A DNA stretch of 64,000 bases from Pseudomonadota bacterium (lineage in GTDB: Bacteria > Pseudomonadota > Gammaproteobacteria > Steroidobacterales > Steroidobacteraceae): the NCBI GenBank assembly GCA_031398625.1, contig JANNNQ010000447.1, positions 11,520 through 75,519 of the forward strand, in the 5' to 3' direction. The translations under genes and the position numbers were made by a program. Shown piece after piece: positions 59,912 through 64,000 of the stretch. Numbering within the stretch: position 1 is the first letter of the stretch; every line of letters starts with the position of its first letter. The notes under the pieces are model-generated. The model saw only the letters and a list, made by a program, of their open reading frames with translations, ran no database searches and was not told the DNA's origin.

Positions 59912-61674
59912 CCGACATCATCGCGGAACCCACCGCGGAAACCGAAACACCGGAACCCGACCCGGGGCATGGTCTCACCGAGATCACCCCACCCCAGAGC
60001 GACAACGACTCACCGGCCGAGGAGTTCGCTCAGGCCCTCATGTCCGCCCCAGCAGCACTGCTGCTGGCCGGGAACAGTGCGGTGGCCGCCCTCTCTAGTG
60101 CGTTCCAGGTCGCGGGCGTCGCCGGTGTTGTCGGAACCACAGCTGCGGTCGGCGGGACTGCCGCAGTCGGCGCGGTAGTCCGGCGCGCCCACCGGGCCGA
60201 GACCGAACGGAAGGACAAGGCTGCAGGGAAGACCGTTGCCCCGAAACCGGTCAGCGCCCGCCAGGCGCGCAAGCAGGAACGGCAGGCCAAGCGCGCCGCT
60301 CGGGCCGCCAGCAACTCCCGTCGTGCTGCCACCCGCTCTGGCGCCGCGCCTGCTAGGTCGGGTGGCATCCCCTCCGGTGGGCGGCACGCGAAGACCGGCT
60401 CTCATCGTCCTGCCCGAACCCCCGTCCGCTCCGCGTTGGGCGTTGGCAAGGGATCCCCGGCAGGGCGGGGCTCAATTGGCAAGGGCGCAGGAAAGCCGGG
60501 CGCTGGGGTCGGTAGGCCATCAGGCAAGGCCCCGGTGTCCGCTAGCCGGACCTCGGGCATTCCTTCGGCAGGTCGCTCCGCGTCTTCCGGTTCAGCGGGC
60601 AAGCCAAGCAGGATCGCCTCCGCCGCGCGCCGTGGGATGGCTTCCGGGAAACGAACTGCGGGTGGCCCTGCCACTGGTGGTAGCCGGGTGGCCGGTGCTG
60701 CCCGGCGCGCGACCGGCGCTGCTGGACGCCGTGCATCTGGTGCCACCACGAACGCCGCACGCTCCGCCCGCAAGGCCGCAGCGGCAAGTCAGGCCCGACT
60801 CGGCCAGGCCGCCCACTCGGCCACCGGATCCCGCGCCGGCAGAGTCGCATCAGCTGCGGGCCGCCGGGTTGCTACGGGTGGCCGTGCCCTTGGTCGGGGA
60901 CTGCGGTCGGCCAGGAACACCGGCCGGGCAGCAGCGGCCGCAGCACGACAGGCCAGCGGTCCGCGAGGAGTCGCCAGGGCCGTCAGGCAAGCCGTCGCCC
61001 AGTCCCAAGCCGCCCGGAACGCCGCCACCGGCAGGCAGCAGACCGGCCTGCGGCGAGCCCGCCAGCGGGCCATCGCCGCATCCACCGGTGCTGGTGCCGC
61101 CGTCCTGACCGCCGGAGCGACCGGTGCGCGCAGGACCGGCCGGTGGGGATGGTGGCTCATCCGATCCGGCATAGCCCGAGCCACAGGCCAACCCATCCCG
61201 CTCCCACCCGGGCGCACCCCACCACCACAACCACAGACCGGTCACCCACCGGTCGCCGACACCGTCAGCCAGCCCGCCGGGCCAGCCGCACAACACCCAC
61301 CCACCATCAGCACAGGAGCACACACCATGTCACTCGGAAACGTCCTCGAAGAACTGTCCGGCCAGATGATCGCTGCCGCCGCCGGCTACGACCCCGACGG
61401 CATGGCCCAATGGGGACGCGACATGCGATCACTGGAGCAGGTGCTACTGAACATCGGCGGCGTTCTCCAGGCGATCCAGCGCGGCGCTGACGACTTGCCC
61501 GTCAACCAGGTCGTGAAGGAAACCATCGGCGCCGTCGGTGAACTCCAGCAGGCGTGCTCATCTGCGGCTGCGGACATCCACGCCACGTTCCAGGCCGTCC
61601 ACCGGGCCGAGTTGGAGCGGCTCGAGAACCCGCGCGCCAACGAGCACAAGTGGGACGCGGCGGCGAACCGGTGA
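59908..61674 (+). CDS. 588-aa Ala/Arg/Gly/Ser-rich basic low-complexity protein with globular C-terminus
   Basis: ATGA-coupled upstream and GTGA-coupled to the traB-like gene. About 400 aa of A/R/G/S low complexity, then a structured 115-aa C-terminus. Confidence 0.55.
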   Translation: MTDIIAEPTAETETPEPDPGHGLTEITPPQSDNDSPAEEFAQALMSAPAALLLAGNSAVAALSSAFQVAGVAGVVGTTAAVGGTAAVGAVVRRAHRAETERKDKAAGKTVAPKPVSARQARKQERQAKRAARAASNSRRAATRSGAAPARSGGIPSGGRHAKTGSHRPARTPVRSALGVGKGSPAGRGSIGKGAGKPGAGVGRPSGKAPVSASRTSGIPSAGRSASSGSAGKPSRIASAARRGMASGKRTAGGPATGGSRVAGAARRATGAAGRRASGATTNAARSARKAAAASQARLGQAAHSATGSRAGRVASAAGRRVATGGRALGRGLRSARNTGRAAAAAARQASGPRGVARAVRQAVAQSQAARNAATGRQQTGLRRARQRAIAASTGAGAAVLTAGATGARRTGRWGWWLIRSGIARATGQPIPLPPGRTPPPQPQTGHPPVADTVSQPAGPAAQHPPTISTGAHTMSLGNVLEELSGQMIAAAAGYDPDGMAQWGRDMRSLEQVLLNIGGVLQAIQRGADDLPVNQVVKETIGAVGELQQACSSAAADIHATFQAVHRAELERLENPRANEHKWDAAANR

Positions 61675-63758
61675 CTATCACCCCGACCGCCACGGCGAAA
61701 CCTGTCACTGCACCCGCACCGGTCAAACCGCCCCGGGACTGGTCCTGGCGCCACGGCCCGATCATCGGGCCCGTGAACGCCGGACTCGGCCTGTGCGCGG
61801 TGAGCATGGTCGGTGACCTCACCGGTGTGCTCGGCTGGTCGGGTGCGGTTGCCGGGGCAGCCGCAGCGGGCGGGGTGACATTCCGCGCCCACCGTCAGGA
61901 CATCAGCCCCCTCGGTCTCGGCTACCGGGCGGCGTGCTGGATGACAGCAGGGGGGTGGATGTCGTGGGCGCTGGCCACATCCGCATGGTCACCCGATGTC
62001 CTCGCCGGGCTCGCGGCCGGTGTCCTCGCCGCTGGCCTCGCCGCACCGGAGATGGCTGAGCACGAGACACGCGTCAACGACGGTCGGCGAAAGGAGGCCG
62101 ACGCGCTGGCGCAGGCTCAGGCGAGGGACGCCGCAGACAAGCGGCGGATAGCGATCGCCCTCGAATGGGAAGCGCGACTGGCCAAGGCCACCGGATTCAA
62201 AGGCTTCCAAGTGGTCGGAGTTCAGGACTGGCCGGACGCGGGCGGGTACACGATCGAGACCCGCCTGCCCGGCGGCGTCACCAAACGGATGCTGGCCGGC
62301 ATGTCCGAAGCCCTGGCCACCGATGCAGACCTGCCTCTCGGGTGCGGTGTCGAGGTCGGTGGCGGCAAGTCCCGCGGGTTCGTTCTACTGCGGGTCTCCA
62401 CCGTCGACACCACCGCCGAAGCCCAGCCATACCCGACCGACATCACCCCACTGACCCTCACGGGCCCGCTTCCGATCGGGATGCACCGTGCCAGCGTCCC
62501 CGCGACCGTGACGATCCTCGAGGATCCGCTGATGATCGTTGGCCGACGCGGGTCCGGCAAGACGGTGGCACTGCAGACGCTCAACGCCGGGATCGCCCGA
62601 TGTGTCGACGCACTCGTCTGGCACATCGACCTCAACGGCGCCGGGATGAGCTCACCGTGGCTCGACGACTTCCTCGCCGGCCGCATCGACCGCCCGCCCA
62701 TCGACTGGGTCGCCGCAACCCCCGACGAAGCGCTACTGATGGTCACCGTCGCCGTGAACATCGCCAAGGGCCGCAAGGTCGCCTACAAGGCGCTGATGCG
62801 GTCAGTCAACGACGACAAGATCCCCATCTCTGCCGCTGTCCCCGCGATCGTCATCGTTCTCGACGAAGGCGCCGAAGCGGTCGCCGCCAGCCGAGGCTAC
62901 GCCAGCCTCGCCGCCGCACTAGAAGAGCTCATCTCGATCGCCCGCGCGACCCGGCTACAGATCGTGCTGTCCGGCCTGCGCGCGACCAGCGAGACCATCC
63001 CCACCACGCTCAAGAGGCAGGTCGGGATCAAAATCCAGATGCGCCCCGAGGATGTCGAGGAGGTCGCCCAACTCTTCGGCTGGGCTGGTGGCATCACCGT
63101 CGAGGACGCCCCCTATCCCGGGTCCGGCCTGCTCAAGACGCCCGAGTCAAGGGGCATCGCCCCGTACCGCGGGTTCGACCTGCGGCCCGCCGACATCCGG
63201 CGCATCGCAGCTGAGACCGCGGCGTGGCGCCCGTACCTCGACAAGCCGTCCGCCGACATCGGCGGCACCGCGTACGCCAACCGCTGGGCCCGCTACCGGA
63301 CCTGGTACACCGACCAAGGAGGAGACGTCACCACCATGCCCACCACCCCTGCTCAGCCCGAGCCGACCCGCCCGGAACAGAGTGCCGGCCAGGGAATCGC
63401 CGGTCTCGGTGGCGCTAAGGAGAACCTCGACAACAACCTGGCCAAGCTTCGGGCGCTCCGCGAGCAGGCCGAGGGCCCGGTGTCGGCCAGCCCGGACTTC
63501 GATGCCGAGTTCGCCTCGATCATCGCCGGGGAGACCTGGGACGTGCCGGGCAGCACCGAAGAGGCGGATGGCCGGGAGCGGATGGTCGAGATCCTCGGGG
63601 TCGCCGGGCCCGATGGGCTGCACCGCGACACGCTCGCTGCGGCCCTGGCCAAAATCGGGGTGACCCCCTCGCGATCCACGCTCTACCGCTGGCTCGACGC
63701 CTCTGCCCAGAAGATCGAGGGCAAGCCCGGATGGTTCCGGATCCTCCCGTCTCACTGA
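61671..63758 (+). CDS. traB: FtsK/SpoIIIE-family DNA translocase, TraB-like
   Basis: N-terminal TM segments, Walker A VGRRGSGKTVAL, Walker B AIVIVLDEGAE, followed by a short-repeat array. Confidence 0.75.
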   Translation: MTITPTATAKPVTAPAPVKPPRDWSWRHGPIIGPVNAGLGLCAVSMVGDLTGVLGWSGAVAGAAAAGGVTFRAHRQDISPLGLGYRAACWMTAGGWMSWALATSAWSPDVLAGLAAGVLAAGLAAPEMAEHETRVNDGRRKEADALAQAQARDAADKRRIAIALEWEARLAKATGFKGFQVVGVQDWPDAGGYTIETRLPGGVTKRMLAGMSEALATDADLPLGCGVEVGGGKSRGFVLLRVSTVDTTAEAQPYPTDITPLTLTGPLPIGMHRASVPATVTILEDPLMIVGRRGSGKTVALQTLNAGIARCVDALVWHIDLNGAGMSSPWLDDFLAGRIDRPPIDWVAATPDEALLMVTVAVNIAKGRKVAYKALMRSVNDDKIPISAAVPAIVIVLDEGAEAVAASRGYASLAAALEELISIARATRLQIVLSGLRATSETIPTTLKRQVGIKIQMRPEDVEEVAQLFGWAGGITVEDAPYPGSGLLKTPESRGIAPYRGFDLRPADIRRIAAETAAWRPYLDKPSADIGGTAYANRWARYRTWYTDQGGDVTTMPTTPAQPEPTRPEQSAGQGIAGLGGAKENLDNNLAKLRALREQAEGPVSASPDFDAEFASIIAGETWDVPGSTEEADGRERMVEILGVAGPDGLHRDTLAAALAKIGVTPSRSTLYRWLDASAQKIEGKPGWFRILPSH

Positions 63759-63878
63759 GACAACACCCACCCGAACCCCGTTCTTTGTGCTCGTCTCACG
63801 TCTCAGCCCCCGTAAACAGCGGTGAGACGTGAGACGAGACGCCCCATGAGACGCCCGTGAGACACCGATGAGACGGAG
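63745..63878. repeat. array of (A/G)TGAGAC(G/A) repeats incl. a 16-bp perfect inverted repeat (clt/TRS-like)
   Basis: GAGAC occurs 7 times forward (63757, 63824, 63831, 63836, 63848, 63859, 63870) and 3 times reverse (63749, 63793, 63800). CTCGTCTCACGTCTCA (63790-63805) pairs with TGAGACGTGAGACGAG (63823-63838). The last three copies are 11 bp apart. Confidence 0.7.
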
Positions 63879-64000
63879 ATCGCTCGTGCACGCCGACCAG
63901 CCCGCCGACCACACCTGGCGCCGCTTCACCTGGGTCGTGGCCATCCTCGCCGGACTGGCCCTCGCCGTAGGTCTCGCCCTCTCCTACGCCTCCGTGTACC
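63868..64000 (+). CDS. membrane protein, N-terminal part (3' end outside window)
   Basis: MRRRSLVHADQPADHTWRRFTWVVAILAGLALAVGLALSYASVY..., open to the window end. Confidence 0.4.
   Translation, partial: MRRRSLVHADQPADHTWRRFTWVVAILAGLALAVGLALSYASVY

Noticed and set aside
63745-63878. The short repeat array as a CRISPR array.
   Set aside because: The repeat unit is only 7-8 bp, spacing is 7-11 bp, orientations are mixed, and there are no spacers or cas genes.

Overview
This window is a high-GC (about 66%) actinobacterial temperate siphovirus-type genome segment, read almost entirely on the + strand. It is in the unintegrated configuration. A tyrosine integrase lies next to an unsplit attP that holds the 3' 42 nt of a tRNA-Lys(UUU), flanked by four GTAGCTGCA arm-type repeats. 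Gene order, left to right: (1) The capsid gene 3' end, then two large fibre/depolymerase-like genes inside the head module, then head-tail genes. (2) A 7-gene antisense island, headed by an XRE regulator, that splits the virion operon. (3) Major tail, chaperone (probable -1 G/T frameshift), tape measure, minor tail, LAS-type endolysin and holin-like membrane proteins. (4) attP, int, ImmA and repressor. (5) More than 60 early genes. These include a Sak4-like ATPase, Gam-like protein, RusA, ASCH, two HNH endonucleases, C5 and N6 DNA methyltransferases, a DpdA-like transglycosylase with a QueF-like protein, DUF4326, MmcB-like, DUF5131 and GIY-YIG-like proteins. They also include a replication initiator, DnaC-like loader, DnaB with a 423-aa LAGLIDADG intein, an Lsr2-domain protein, SSB and a clamp-like protein. 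(6) A minus-strand accessory block with a lipoprotein and a T5orf172-XRE fusion. (7) A Streptomyces-type TraB(FtsK)/Spd-like module followed by a GAGAC repeat array. The strongest non-genic signal is eight promoter cassettes, each with two CTACG-N3-CGTAG palindromes exactly 22 bp apart. All functional calls come from motif recognition by eye plus ORF geometry and GC3. No database search was possible.
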